From Octopus vulgaris (Eukaryota), in the NCBI GenBank assembly GCA_951406725.2, contig OX597822.1:105958001-106022000 (forward strand): a stretch of DNA of 64,000 nt, given 5' to 3'. The notes beneath the pieces are model-generated. The model searched no databases. It was not told where the DNA came from and was given only the letters and a program-made list of their open reading frames with translations. Below are positions 13,084-27,675 of this stretch, one piece after another. Position numbers and translations under genes: made by a program. How positions within the stretch are numbered: position 1 is the stretch's first letter; each line of letters starts with the position of its first letter.

Positions 13084-13385
13084 CAAGGAATGTTTCAGAA
13101 GTTTTCAGACTTTTTTCAGGAGAGACATTTATAAATTTCAGAGATGTGAAACACTCTAATCTCCTACAAAATAGGATCCTCTGAGTTGAATGCACCTTTC
13201 GTGGCGTCCATTTGTTAAGGTCTCATGGAAGGCCTCCAATATGAGAGTATTCAGGATCCCTCTGACACTCTCTTTAACCTTCAATATTTTTCCGGGGTTC
13301 TCCTTCAGCTTGGGGAACACCGAAAAGTTGCAGGAGACGAGGGATGGACTCTACGGAACGTAAGGGACAGTTTTGATGTTCATCT
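13084..13385 (-). mobile_element. Mariner transposon 3' remnant
   Basis: The minus strand reads IKTVPYVP*SPSLVSCNFSVFPKLKENP...CIQLRGSYFVGD*, a decayed mariner 'HPPYSPDLAPCDF.LFPKLK...G.YFE' C-terminus. A TIR-like CAAGGAATGTTTCAGAAGTTTTCAGACTTTTTT follows a TA at 13082. Confidence 0.8.
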
Positions 13386-13474
13386 CAAATAATTACCAAA
13401 ATGCAGATCACTGAGGCCTTTTGCGCTTGTTTCACTTTTCATACACAGATTTTTATTACAGTTACCACACCAAA

Positions 13475-13527
13475 TCGTGTGTCTATAAAGATAATTAATG
13501 TACAATAACTATCTTATAGACACACGA
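13475..13527. repeat. Short inverted repeat (hairpin)
   Basis: TCGTGTGTCTATAAAGATA pairs with TATCTTATAGACACACGA with one bulge. Confidence 0.8.
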
Positions 13528-13814
13528 GGGTCTTGATCCAGAAACTGCAAATTGTCTCAACCATTTCTGATGTTCCCACGTTCCCCTCACTTCTCATTGT
13601 CTCTTACCTCCACTCTAACTCCTGTGCCAGCAAAACATCAAATGCCCAACTCATAAATAATCTTCAGCATTTTAAAAGTTTTTGCGGCGCGTTTGCCCAC
13701 TTTAAACATAGCTCCCGTCTCAGTTACAAGTCCCGATAACCCATTACAGCACTCACCCATTATACCTATTCGTTTAGAACACCAGGGAACTAAACCCCCT
13801 TATGCTGTATATAT

Positions 13815-13816
13815 TG

Positions 13817-13860
<44 letters not shown>

Positions 13861-13926
13861 ATGTGTGTGTGTGATTGTGTGTGTGTGTATGTATGTATAT
13901 ATATATATATATATATGTATATATCG

Positions 13927-13976
<50 letters not shown>

Positions 13977-14158
13977 GCAATGACTATGACGATAAATGAA
14001 ACGGAGACAGTTACATCCTCAAAATTTTGTACCTTCTATTTTGCTGTATGAGTCATACAGCATAATTATGTGGCTACTACGTGTTTCCGAACCACTACTC
14101 TGAGTACTGTTCCGAAAGCTGAAAGGTATCTACCTGTATAATATATTCCTTTAAACTC

Positions 14159-14240
<82 letters not shown>

Positions 14241-14596
14241 ACGTGATACGAAAGAGAACTAGGTTAAAGGAACTATGTTTGTGAATTGCTATATATATAT
14301 ATATATATATATATGCATACGTTTGTCAACGTGATACATCTTTGTTCTATAGTTTTCTAGAGCTCCAAATTCATTCGTATACATTATTAGAAGTAATTTC
14401 CTCTATGTTAACTATAGAACAAATAACACAATACAATTAAGTTATGAACGATATCAATCCACTACAATAACAGTAATTATGCAATATTGCATCCATTTTT
14501 CCATAAAAGATTAAAAGGTTTGATCTGAACACCGACCGTCGTAATGAACGAAATACAACAGCACTTCCATTGAGCGGTAGACTCTGAACAATATAT

Positions 14597-14671
<75 letters not shown>

Positions 14672-14682
14672 CATACACACAG

Positions 14683-14729
<47 letters not shown>

Positions 14730-15151
14730 TCACTTAAACTATTTGTCACTGCGTTAGTCAATTGTCTTATGAGTAATAAAAAAAACTTTGTCTTCGATTT
14801 CTTTGCATTAAGATAATATTTGTTTAAGGTGTTACATTTGTAGATCATAGCAGAATAATGCAACCGTATATGAGTATGTGCTGCAAGCACGTACCTGTGC
14901 ATTTATATATCCACATATATACATACACGCATATGCATTTGTATATCTTATGTAGGCATATCTCTACATATATACTCATTCACGTTCATTCACGCATGCG
15001 CACTTTGGCACACATGCATACACATATATGCATATGTGTGTGTATGCATGTATATACATACATATATATAACTGTTTAGATAGAATGATAAATAGATGGA
15101 TAAATATATATATATAGATAGAGAGATAGATAGATAGATAGAGAGACATAC

Positions 15152-15185
<34 letters not shown>

Positions 15186-15237
15186 TCAGACAGACAGACA
15201 GACTGATAGATAGATAGTTAGATAGATCGATAGATAA

Positions 15238-15306
<69 letters not shown>

Positions 15307-15320
15307 TATATATATATATC
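13815..15320. repeat. Cluster of microsatellites: (TA)n, (TG)n, (GA)n, (GATA)n
   Basis: Tracts at about 13815-13975, 14160-14236, 14598-14727 and 15105-15320. Confidence 0.95.
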
Positions 15321-17454
15321 ATAACTGTTCTCTTTTCGCTTATTCGGATTCATTGGCTCCAGCATAAAACCATTAAATTTATTTAGTCTCGTATAACTTC
15401 GAAATATGCTGTTCGATTTTTGTTCGATTCATCTCCATTATCGCCTCATTTTAATTCAGGCCAGACATCACAATCTGATTTATTAATTCTATAGAAACAC
15501 AATTCTTGCATGTTGTACTAGCAAGTTGTTAAGGCTATGGTTATTATATGCCCAAATCTCATTGAATATTTGTATTTATGTCCCTGTTACATAACTCATT
15601 TTTTTTCTTCTTTCAGACTTATATTTCTAATCATAAAATCAATACCATTCATCTCACAAACATATTTGGAACAGCTTGATTTCTAGCTAGAATAGCCACA
15701 CTCTGCGTATTATGTGAGATATAGAAGCACTAGATTTGCATTTCCCAGTTCCATTACTGTCGAACTTGTTTAATTAAGTAGCTGCTTTCATATATACCCG
15801 GTTTTAACAACCTACTTTCTAATAATATAAAAACAAAATGTATCCTGCAACTAGTGAAGGTATTGAGTTGCATGCTGAAATTTATAACCATCAATTTGTT
15901 TTCGTGTTTTTATGCTATTAGATGCTGGTCAAAACCAAATATCAAATATATTAATTATGAAGGAGAGTGGATTTTATGTATTCTGTATCTTGAATGTTTA
16001 AAAGTTCTACGACATAACCTTTATTCATGCCAACGCAGGCACATAGACATACGCATTCTCTTTTCAAGAACTCCTAATCAACCATTACACAAATGTCAAT
16101 GACATCAAACGGTTATATATAATTTTGGGAAGCTGCAATATTGAAAGTTTCTAATTAAGAGCTGCGTCTATGAATTCGTTGATGGTTGACTGAAAGAAAT
16201 AAACATTAGCTAAAATTTCGCTTCAAAGAAAAGAAACGTGTTGAATTCGGTTGCGAGGCTCTTGATAGATAGATAGATAGATATACAATGAGACGATAGC
16301 TATTCGAACCATAGATAGATAACATATATACGAGAAATGATAATTAGATAGATCAATAACAAATGAAGAATAATTAATAAATTCAAAGAAATGGATAGAA
16401 GAGGAAAACTTGCAAGCAAAAATGTTTTATTAGTTTAATTAGTTTTTTTTTGTAGTTTTTATTTTACCTTTGATTTTAATATGGTAGTCGTCAGAATATT
16501 AATAGCATTATTGAAAATGACAATCTCCATGTGTATAGGAAATCCTCGTAAGTGCATTTCACATATGGTTTTCAATATGAATGATTTATTCATCTTGAAA
16601 ATTATATTTTCTTTAATGTTCTGTTCAAAATTAAAACAAAACGTATAGGCTTTAAAATATTGAAAATAAACACAATTTCGGTAACCCACAATTATTATGG
16701 AATTCTTGCTTCCAGTCTTCAAAAGAAAATTTAAAACCGAAAGTCATATTAATAATGTTCGAAATAAATCAAACAGATACTGATGTAATCAATAAAGCAT
16801 AAATAATTTCTGTACTATTTATACATATTGATCAATCATTTAATGTATTTCTCAAATGCTTTCAACATATATTTTAAATTTAAACAATAATTTATGACTG
16901 TAGTTTAGGTATAGGTCGAATAACTATATAAAAAGAACGAAGAACAGGTTTATGTAAAATGGTTAATATAGTTAAAGAAATTTATGTAAATTCCTTATAT
17001 AGATTTTATTAAAATACATTTTCGATATTTATATTTTACAACCAAGGCATACAGAGCAAATACAATTTTAAAACATATAAAGAAAATTGTGTGCGATCTT
17101 GTTTTACGTAGCTTAAGCCCTAATGAAGTATCACGGTAATATATGTCGATATGAAGTGGTATTATATCTAAAAGCTTCTCTCATCGTGTTTTACATAACA
17201 AAACAAAGTTATTTCCTTTCACATCCTTGAAACATATATTTCTAATGTTATAAAAGGATGGATAGTAACGAAGGATTATTACACAACTAGGTGTAAATAT
17301 AAATAGAATTGAGAAGTTGTAACAATGTGACAGAAATGCTTAATATCATATCAGCTAAAAAGAATTTTGATTATTTGTATTTTTTAAAAATTTAAAACTT
17401 TCAAAACATTAAATAATACAGATGATGTATAAAGATTGCATGTATATGGATATG

Positions 17455-17457
17455 TAC

Positions 17458-17511
<54 letters not shown>

Positions 17512-17620
17512 ATGTATGTATGTATATATATATATATATGTATGTATATATGTATATATATATATACATATGTATATATATATGTTTGTATGTATGTATA
17601 TATATGTATATATATATATG

Positions 17621-17673
<53 letters not shown>

Positions 17674-17838
17674 GTTTGTATGTATGTATATATATATATA
17701 TATATATGTTTGTATGTATGTATATATATATATATATGTTTGTATGTATGTATATATATATATATATGTTTGTATGTATGTATATATATATATATATATG
17801 TTTGTATGTATGTATATATATATATATATGTTTGTATG

Positions 17839-17872
<34 letters not shown>
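17455..17872. repeat. (TA)n/(TATG)n tract with a ~30-bp higher-order unit
   Basis: The unit (TA)n-TGTTTGTATGTATG recurs at about 30-bp spacing over 17670-17845. Confidence 0.92.
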
Positions 17873-17874
<2 letters not shown>

Positions 17875-18268
17875 CAAATCGAAAACTACAAGGATATATG
17901 CATATCGAAGAGCTATTTAACAAAGAAAAACCTTTAAAATATAAGGTAAATAATATCAATAATATTCACTGGAAGCAATTTGACATGTTCTTCATTGATC
18001 CTCGCAAATTTCTATGTATAAGCATTGAAGCTTGCTATGCAACAACAATATATCAATAGTGATGAGGCAAAATGAAATTATTCCAAGCCGAAATATAAAC
18101 TGAAATATAGAAGTATATAAAGAGTAGTAACGAAAGAAAATTTCATATTTTCATGACTGAAGAAATATCAAGAATATTGATCTACCATTAAGCATATACT
18201 TTTATATTCAAACACTGACAAACATGCGGGCTCGCACAAGCAGATATGCGCATGCATTTATATATATG

Positions 18269-18324
<56 letters not shown>

Positions 18325-18521
18325 AAATAGATATATATATATATAGATAGATAGATAGATAGATAGATAGAGCCAGAAAGTCAGGCAGGGACAATCAGTG
18401 AGATATAAAGAGGGAATGATAAACATACATACACATACATATATATATTTACCTAGATACTTACAAACATGCATGAATATATGCATATATATATACTTAG
18501 TTACTTACCTACATACATGCA

Positions 18522-18567
<46 letters not shown>

Positions 18568-19798
18568 GCATAAATGTACACGTACGGATGTGTATATATA
18601 CGTGCGATTGATTTTTGCAAAAATGGGAAATGAGAATACAAAACATTGTGTATTGTAATATTTTTTATGAGTTCTGAATATCTGGAATTACTTTATAACT
18701 TAATGAGTAGCCTTGAGCATTGTGCTGGACACCTTTCACACAAATTTTTCTGTTCCTGAGTGAATCTTTTTTGAGTAAATCTATATAAGCAGTATGAACG
18801 AAGAATCAGACCATTCGTATAACAGAAAACGTGTATTATAGGTGTTTTTTTATTCACATTGTACTGAGACTATAGATTACGTTGAGAAAAAAGGAAGGCA
18901 TAGAAGAGATGAACAAAAGAAGTTCTGGAAGTAACGTGCTTTAGAATAACGATTTAAATATTTTAAACTTTACGTATTACCTTGTAACTAGAGGTCAGTG
19001 AATAAAAATTGACAAATTCAGTATCATTTTGGTTTGAGTAATAAATACTATTGCAAGAATTTTTAAGTCAATAAACATGGACGGAAAAGTTTAGAATGAG
19101 TACGTGGGTGAATAACAAAGCTATTTTATGTTGGTTTTGCAAGCAGTTAAACATGCTAATGTGCAAAAGTTACCAGGTTCAGTTTGTGTAGGGTTGAATA
19201 AGGAAACGATTTGAAAGGAAAATAAATTGTATGGCTATTTTGTTAATTCGAATGAGAGCCATAAGTTTCTGACCGTTTGAGAATAACGGAATCTATTTAA
19301 GAGTGACTTGGAAAAGGTCGAATGACAGAGTTGTCCTAGTAAAATAACACCTAAAGTGAGAGCAATAATGAAAAGAAAAAGTGTGAGAATGCATGGAACA
19401 AAATGGATAGGCGATATTTAATTTTATAAAAGAATACCTCTTAAGAACACTAATTTGACTTTTATCCGAAAAGAAGAATGTTCTTTGTGACCTGTTGCCA
19501 AAGCTGCGCCAACTGTTCCAGCTATTGAATGTTTGACAATGGAGTGGTGAGATAAGTTGAGATGTTAAACCAACAGTCAGGTCTGAGTGCAGTCCTTAAT
19601 TCCATAGAAATGCTCTCGCAACAGGATGCCGATGATGCGAGTAATGTTCGCGTTTAATCGGTGCCTTCTTTCAACTTATGTATATATAATGCATTACAAA
19701 CATTACAGAGGTTCAGTTGAAGTTATGTATGACTATGTGCTAGAAATATCGGGACAGTTATAGTTGTGGTAACTTAAGATGAAAGACATAGTGTATCA

Positions 19799-20182
19799 GT
19801 GGAGGCGCAATGGCCCAGTGGTTAGGGCAGCGGACTCGCGGTCGTAGGATCGCGGTTTCGATTCCCAGACCGGGCGTTGTGAGTGTTTATTGAGCGAAAA
19901 CACCTAAAGCTCCACGATGCTCCGGCAGGGGATGGTGGTGATCCCTGCTGTACTCTTTCACCACAACTTTCTCTCACTCTTACTTCCTGTTTCTGTTGTA
20001 CCTGTATTTCAAAGGGCCGGCCTTGTCACTCTCTGTGTCACGCTGAATATCCCCGAGAACTGCGTTAAGGGTACACGTGTCTGTGGAGTGCTCAGCCACT
20101 TACACGTTAATTTCACGAGCAGGCTGTTCCGTTGATCGGATCAACCGGAACCCTCGTCGTCGTAACCGACGGAGTGCTTCCA
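19799..20182 (+). mobile_element. SINE family C, full length, with TSD
   Basis: TGGCCCAGTGGTTAG (A box) and GGTTTCGATTCCC (B box). TSD ACATAGT(G/A)TATC at 19786-19797 and 20183-20194. Confidence 0.92.
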
Positions 20183-20199
20183 ACATAGTATATCTAGAA

Positions 20200-20450
20200 T
20201 AAGAATATATAAAAGTACCAGAATGTGTGTCACTGAGAGTTAGCGAGATTCTAAATAATCCGTCACTGTAATTTGAGTTACTCCTTAAAGAGGAGACAGT
20301 TAGTGTGATAGCGAGAGTGATAGACCGTAAAAGAAGGTTCCATAAAGTGGCGCATAGCAAAGCATAGGGTTCAGATGACACAGATGGAGAAATTGAGAAA
20401 AAATAGTGGATTTGTGAGATGTAACATGAAAAGAAGAATAACTAAGGTAT
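20200..20450 (+). mobile_element. Possible ancient L1/Tx1-like ORF2 remnant
   Basis: SKA*GSDDTDGEIEKK*W at ~20355-20410 resembles the 'KAPGPDG...EFYK.FW' motif that precedes L1-clade RT domains. The flanks are purine-rich. Confidence 0.35.
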
Positions 20451-21029
20451 GAATGAGAATCAGAAGGATTTATATACAGCGATTTGCTCTGGCAAATTTT
20501 ACGATAACGAAAACAATGTCCTGAAAGCTGACACGTACTGGATATAGCAAAAGTAAATTATTATGTAGTGAGAAATGTATCTTGTAGAAAATGAGACAGT
20601 TTAGTTCGCATTTGGTCAGATATACAGCACCAATATAAGGGACACGTTTGTGGGGATAACAAAATTTTAGCCTGAATACTGCCTACTTAAAGGTTAGCTT
20701 AGATACATGCATACGCCTGTCTGTATATATTTGTGCATGAATTTTGATTCTTCTTAGAGTAACTCAGCTATTCGTTGTATATGACCGATTAATAATTACC
20801 AGTGAGTGACTACAAGGCTGAAGTAAGTACTCAGGTCATTATGAATGATTAAAGTCCTTGACTGAAACTATTAAAAATGTAAATATAGAAAAACTGATTT
20901 AGTTTTATAATCTAATTTGAGAGAGAAACCAAAATCATTTAAATTATTTATATCAGTCCCCTCACCATTGAGGCATGTATGACACCCGCATGAAAAGACG
21001 AACATTTTTTTTACAAGCTAGCATGTGTG

Positions 21030-22400
21030 TTTCTATGAAGTTGCTCAATCTGCTACAATTAATAGGTTAATCTCTATCAGACTGCACCCGACTTAAAACA
21101 TAGAGAGGATGCATTACATAATGTAGTCGTAGATATGCTAAGCACATGGCAAACCAAAATGCTCATGGCTGTAATATCTTTGATTATAGAACTGATATGG
21201 AAATATCGAAAGACAATGTATCAGATTTTTTTTTTTTAAATAATAATCATTGACCCAGTAAAATGTTAAATTGGGCAGCAACCGAGAGTCCAGACGCTCG
21301 TGTCGAGGCGGCAAAACTCTAGTGAAAAATTATCTGGAACAAGTTAAGACAATGAAGCGAATTAGAAAAATGGTACATAGCATGCATATCCCTTGTAATT
21401 TTAATATGTAAGTGCGGTAAGGAAGAAGCAGGTCATTGTTCTTGACATCGTTGCAGTGAGTTCATTTTTTTTCATCTAGAAATAATTTCGATAGATGTTC
21501 CGATCGCGTCTCTAGACATATTAATTAACTGCATTGCTTATATATTATAATTAAGTATTATAGATTCTGTGACCTGGAACTAACCCAAAATATAATTGGT
21601 TCAGCCGAGAGAAATTGTTATATTTTCTATAAGTTATTATTGGTTGTTAAGACCCAAATCAGCGAACATCGAATAGACTTGTGGCTTAAGGTGTTCCAGT
21701 CGCTGCTTTCATGGAATTTTGTATATCAATGACATAATGCCCAATCCGTCCTTCAATTTACAAAAGACAGTAAGGTGTAATATCAGAATGATTTTGCTGC
21801 TGTTTTTAGCAACCCGAATAACTACATACAGGTCCTATATTTGGCTTTATGAGTGATCAGTCATTGGTTCTGATAATAAATGAACATTTTATTTTTTCGT
21901 AAGAGTGAGAGAATTGGTTTTGAAGGATTTTTCTTTCCTTTTTCTTTATATATATAGTAAAAACATTGTCTTTCAGTAAAATTCCATATTTGACTTCAAG
22001 AAACGATTCATTGTATGTTTAGTATTTTTCTTCTATTGGGAATTGGTCCTACACTAGTTCTACCAATTCTAGGAATTGAATCATGTAACTGATTCAAAGA
22101 AGGAAACTTTTCGCAGTTGCCCGTTCTTCTACAAATCCATTTCAATTTTTTAAATTCCGCTGTCATAGTTACGACTTTTGAAAGAGAAGACGAACGAAAG
22201 AGAGAGAGGGGGGGAGAGATCATTTATGTAGTTGCTTAACCACCTAGAAATAACAGCCGAATATTCTTCAAATCACGTTTTACTATCTTAAAAAATAAAA
22301 GGGCACACCAGGTAATGTAGGCTTCGATGTAAAATATAAGAAAATGTGATGATAGGTTTCCTGTACCAACGCCGACCATTGGCTAAACAACTATAGCAAC
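21030..22400. repeat. Three diverged copies of an unclassified interspersed repeat (family F)
   Basis: A shared layout (TATG.AGTT...CTA.AA...TAATGTAG-like segment) at ~21030-21195 (+), ~21630-21840 (-) and ~22222-22400 (+). A further fragment lies near 30840-31020. Confidence 0.55.
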
Positions 22401-22903
22401 AACAATGTCACCAACAACACAAATATCTGTACTGGTGCCACCTTAAACCTCTAGGAACTGCTTATTGGTATTGGAATCTTCCTATATTGTGAAAAATTTG
22501 GTTTCCTTTTATTACCACTTGGGCCATTCCAAACTCATTTGTATTTAGGATATTGGTTCCTTTTGGCACTGAACTCGGTGAGAGATTTTTAATGGGATGC
22601 AAAATACTACAGTCGTAACTCGCAAGAACGTTTAAACTTAGAGTCACGTACTTTGCTTTCCGGTAGCAGTTGTAAGCGACCTTCTGCATTTCAATGCTAC
22701 TTGTTTATCAATCTGTGTAAAATAAGTCACACAGGATGATAACGAATTAAATTCATTATTCTGTTGTTTATGAACTGAAAGCAGGCATCACTGAATTCAT
22801 AACACTTACAAGACTGACAAAAAAACTGAATACGACGAGGTTTATATTTTAACACAATACTATTTCGAATGTTGAATTTTATTATGTATATATGTGTATA
22901 ATA

Positions 22904-23315
22904 TTTTACTCTTTTACTCTTTTACTTGTTTCAGTCATTTGACTGCGGCCATGCTGGAGCACCGCCTTTAGTCGAGCAACTCGACCCCGGGACTTATTAT
23001 TTTTGTAAACCCAGTACTTATTCCATCGGTCTCTTTTTGCCGAACCGCTAATTGACGGGGACGTAAACACACCAGCATCGGTTGTAAAGCAATACTAGGG
23101 GGGAACAAACACAGACACACAAACACACACACATACATATATATATATACATATATACGACAGGCTTCTTTCAGTTTCCGTCTACCAAATCCACTCACAA
23201 GGCATTGGTCGGCCCGGGGCTATAGCAGAAGACACTTGCCCAAGATGCCACGCAGTGGGACTGAACCCGGAACCATGTGGTTGGTTAGCAAGCTACTTAC
23301 CACACAGCCACTCCT
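22904..23315 (-). mobile_element. SINE family A, full length
   Basis: Closely matches 10517-10955 in reverse orientation. Confidence 0.92.
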
Positions 23316-23716
23316 ATATGTATGTATGTATGTGTGTATGTATGTGTGCGTGTATGCGTGTGTACGTGTGCGAGTGTGTGTGTTTGTGTGGTCAGAATCT
23401 CTCGAGAAGGATGCAATCTACTGAATAAACCCTAGAATATAGCAAAGCTTCTTTTATAAATACTGTAGTTTTAAAGACTAAGAATATTCCTGAAGAAACG
23501 AAATTAAAAAAAAAGAATTCTAATTCAAAACTCTACTTCAAACAATTGCATCTTTGTAGTTTGTAATGAACCCAATGTGATTTACACCTTTATTGCTTTA
23601 GATTACCCCTGGACAACTCTGAACTATTTTCAGGACACTGAAACTGTGACCTTCCGATCTTTTCTGTAATTACAAGTGAATGAAAGATCATATTTTTAGA
23701 AGCGTAGTTAGTTAAT

Positions 23717-24177
23717 GTGGAGGCGCAATGGCCCAGTGGTTAGGGCAGCGGACTCGCGGTCGTAGGATCGCGGTTTCGATTCCCAGACCGGCCATTGTGA
23801 GTGTTTATTGAGCGAAAACACCTAGAGCTCCACGAGGCTCCGGCAGGGGGTGGTGGTGAACTTTCTCTCACTATTTCTTCCTGTTTCTGTTGTACCTGTA
23901 TTTCAAAGGGCCAGCCTTGTCACACTCTGTGTCACGCTGAATAGGCTTTATTCTATATTTAGAATGTGGAGTGCTCAGCCACTTGCACGTAAATAAATAA
24001 GCTGCGACGTTATTGGTGCCAAGCCTTTGGCTTTCCCTTGGATAACACTGGTGGTGTGGAGACTGGAGACTGGTATGCGTGGGCGACTGCTGGTCTTCCA
24101 TAAACAACCTTGCCCAGAATTATACCTCGGAGGTTAACTTTCTGGGTTCCATGGTCATTCATGACCGAAGGAGGTCA
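23717..24177 (+). mobile_element. Chimeric SINE: family C 5' part joined to a family E 3' part
   Basis: 23717-23992 matches 19799-20110. 24001-24177 matches the reverse complement of 38081-38280. AGTTAGTTA flanks the unit at 23706-23714 and 24179-24187. Confidence 0.8.
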
Positions 24178-25554
24178 CAGTTAGTTACTAAAAAAGTATG
24201 GCATGGTTTGGGGAATTGTTGGCTGATATTTCTAACATATTGAATAACAAAGTAGAATTCCCTCGTTGATTCTTCTTGTATTTTAGAGCAGGTATATAAC
24301 ATCCTCTAACTATCATAATGATGGCAATAGAGTTAACCCGGAAAGAAGAAGTATAGCATATTGTGACGTTCAAACTAAAATAGATATATACAATAATCGA
24401 ACCTGCTTCTCGGGAAACTCTGCTTGTCCTTTAAGATTTACCGCTTATTGAAAACAACCTACTTAACTACAATCAGGTTAATTGCTACTGTGAGATATAA
24501 AACATTTACCTCCTAAATAAAATACGACGATGCTAGTTTCTCATAACTCAAGTTTCGAAAACTTTATTGCAAGCAGTTTATGTCATGAGAATATGGAAGG
24601 CGAAATTTTCCCACTAATTCTATGCTATCTAGTTAGACCATCCTCGCTATGAGATGTATTGAGATATTGTAAAAGAAAGTGATGTCCTAAGTTATAATTA
24701 TCCAGCGCAGTCGTTGTTTATAGTAATACGTCATCAGAACACTCTTTGCCGAGATAAGTACTTATCTCTGTTATTAGTGGGCGAATGCCTAGTAATAGAT
24801 ATTTTAGTAGTTACGGCTGAATCTATCTTTAGAGATTTATATGATGGTAATTTCTGCAGAACATATTTTCAGGACCAAAGATGCTTTAAACCATACTTTT
24901 GATCCTCAGAATATTATTGTAACTGAGTCGATAAGTTCTAATTGTTTCAAATTCAATGATTCTTGCTGGCAATTTGTCACCGCTATTAAACCTAGAAATA
25001 ATTCGGGACATACTTTGATGTCCATTTATATTATTTTATGTAATTATTTGCTTTGCTTTTCGTTGTCTGAAAACCGAAATATTAGCTTTAAAATTGTAGT
25101 TCGAAAAAAAAATGTTTTAAAATTTTACGTTATAAAACAATAATTACAAACCGTATCAACATGGAAATTAAAATTTAAATATGTTGTTAATCATAATGTA
25201 ATTTTTTTTATTCTAAATTATTGATCAACAGGTAGACTTTTTTTTTTGTTCACTATTTTCATTTTGTGTCCTGGTCGTTGTTTTCTGTATTGCCTAAAAT
25301 ACTATAAACAACTGCAATTATTAACCGAGCCAAGCAATCAAATGCAGAGGAAATTATTCTTAACAAAACGGAAATTTGTATCTTGTTGAAATGCCTAGTT
25401 CAAATGAGTTCGCGTATTATCATTGTTTTATATCAGTTTAGTGAAGGATCGAATTGTATGTTCGACATCAAGTAAACACAAACACACACACACACACATA
25501 TTTATGTGTATATACGTATATATATATGTGTGTGTGTATAATACATATAGATAG

Positions 25555-25609
<55 letters not shown>

Positions 25610-27126
25610 CATAGATAGATAGATAGATACATACATACATAGATAGATACATAGGTACATAGATAGATAGATAGATAGATAGACAGACAGATATATTGGA
25701 ACAAGTCCAGACGTTTCATCAGAGAAATTAGAACACTGAGGATTATTTTGTACATTGTGAATAGTGGACAAGTATATTCAACCCTGGCCAAAAGTGAACT
25801 TAGAAAGTAGACTTATGTAACAAAACACTACAATCCAAGTGCTTCGCTACTTGTATTTTACCGTCTTCATAACAAACGGCAATAACGGAAACCAAACAAA
25901 TTCTCCTTCCAGTGTTCCATTTTTGTAAATTAGATCTCTTAATATTTTCCAAAACAAAATATATTCAAGCAAATTTATAATCATTCATATCAGTTTTGCC
26001 AAGGTCGTCGTTTTCTGTTGTATTTTCTACACGATTCGATATTTTCGAAATTGTATGATGTATTTCTAACCTTCACATTCAGCTATAGAGAGTGTCATAT
26101 TTTGATTCTTTATGATAACAAATATATTAATTTCTATTATTTTCTCCAAAACCTCCGAGCTCATAAACAAATCCATTATTTATCGCTATTTATGTGTCAT
26201 GATCTTTTGGCATCTTAATACCAAATCAAGCAAGTGTTGTTATTGGCAATCTACAAATTCTTTAACATGAGCTTAACAACTTACCTATTTGCTATAATCC
26301 TTCTAAAGTTTCATTTTCTCTGTGAAATGTTCAGCTGAAGCTGATGCCATTAGTTGCAAATATATTTAGAATATTTCGGATTAAAGGAATATGCGTCAAA
26401 AACAGTATTTGGATGTAGACTGGCAAAACAGATCACGTGTTTTGAACATAACTCATTCGATGACATTTTCGTCAATGCAGCATAAAGAATGACTGTTATG
26501 AGAATTTTAACAGACTTTTACTGTCCTTATCATTATAAATGCTTTAGAATTATTTCTAAAATATCTACATTTCATGCTATTTGTATGCCATTTCCAAAGC
26601 GGATGCTTAAGGTTTGTTGATTTATATAATAACCAATTTTAACAGTAAAAACTTTGATCAATAACCTAGCAAATGTTACATTCATTCCTGTGTTTGGTCT
26701 CCAATTTTACAATCATACACGTATGTATATGTGCAGTAACTAGGACTTAAAAGTCGGCGTTAAAGGTTTCATCAGTTAAGCTTCTAAGGATGTTATTAGA
26801 GCGGAAAACATTTCCCTACAATCAAAGAGTTTGCAGAACCAGAAGGCGAGCAAATACAGTGTTGCCACCATTCTAGTTCTTCAAATATCGAGTAAAGGGT
26901 TGCTGCAAAGAGGAAACAGATCGCAACTGTTGATTATCTCGCAATTGAATGTAATCAATTTTCTTTAGACACAGCTAAACTTTCAGGTATGCTTATGTTA
27001 ATAACAACGTGAAACAAATATTCAGCTATACACACACATAAATACACTCTCAAACACGTACATGCATATGCACGTACATACATACATACATACATACATA
27101 CATACATACATACATACATACATACA

Positions 27127-27204
<78 letters not shown>

Positions 27205-27675
27205 ACATACATTGGTCATAAAGAAAGACAGAAAGACAGAAGGACAAATTAGAGAAATAGAGAGAAGGTATATACAGAAATAAAGAGATAGATTTACTGT
27301 ATATATATTAAGTTTTTCTTTCTTAATGTGAAAAGATCAAAGTACTCAATATACGTATGCAGAGAACCGTGCAGAGTCTGATATATGTGTATGCATATAT
27401 GAATAACTAAACCATTATATTTATTTACGGTTTAACGCTGCCATCAGATTAGATAGATATGATCGATCGAGTTTTGAGCAAGAAAAAAATCATAGAAGGA
27501 TATTAGATTCACCTGGGTATATTGACTTGTTGCTTTGGTTCAAAATCAAATATAGGTGAGTGATATTTAGAATACCACTGACCATTCTTCATAATCAAAA
27601 GTTAAAATACGAAACGGTCAGGAATTAATCAGCACGTAGTGTTTAATATATCACATGGCACCATGCTAAAACAGT

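Noticed and set aside
19799-19875. tRNA-like sequences with A and B boxes (also near 4400, 6023, 23717 and 38340)
   Set aside because: They are SINE heads that continue into SINE bodies, several with TSDs, and they lack a proper acceptor stem and terminator.
26780-26969. Open frame of about 62 codons on the plus strand without an ATG
   Set aside because: No recognisable motif or convincing splice sites, and the length is within chance expectation.
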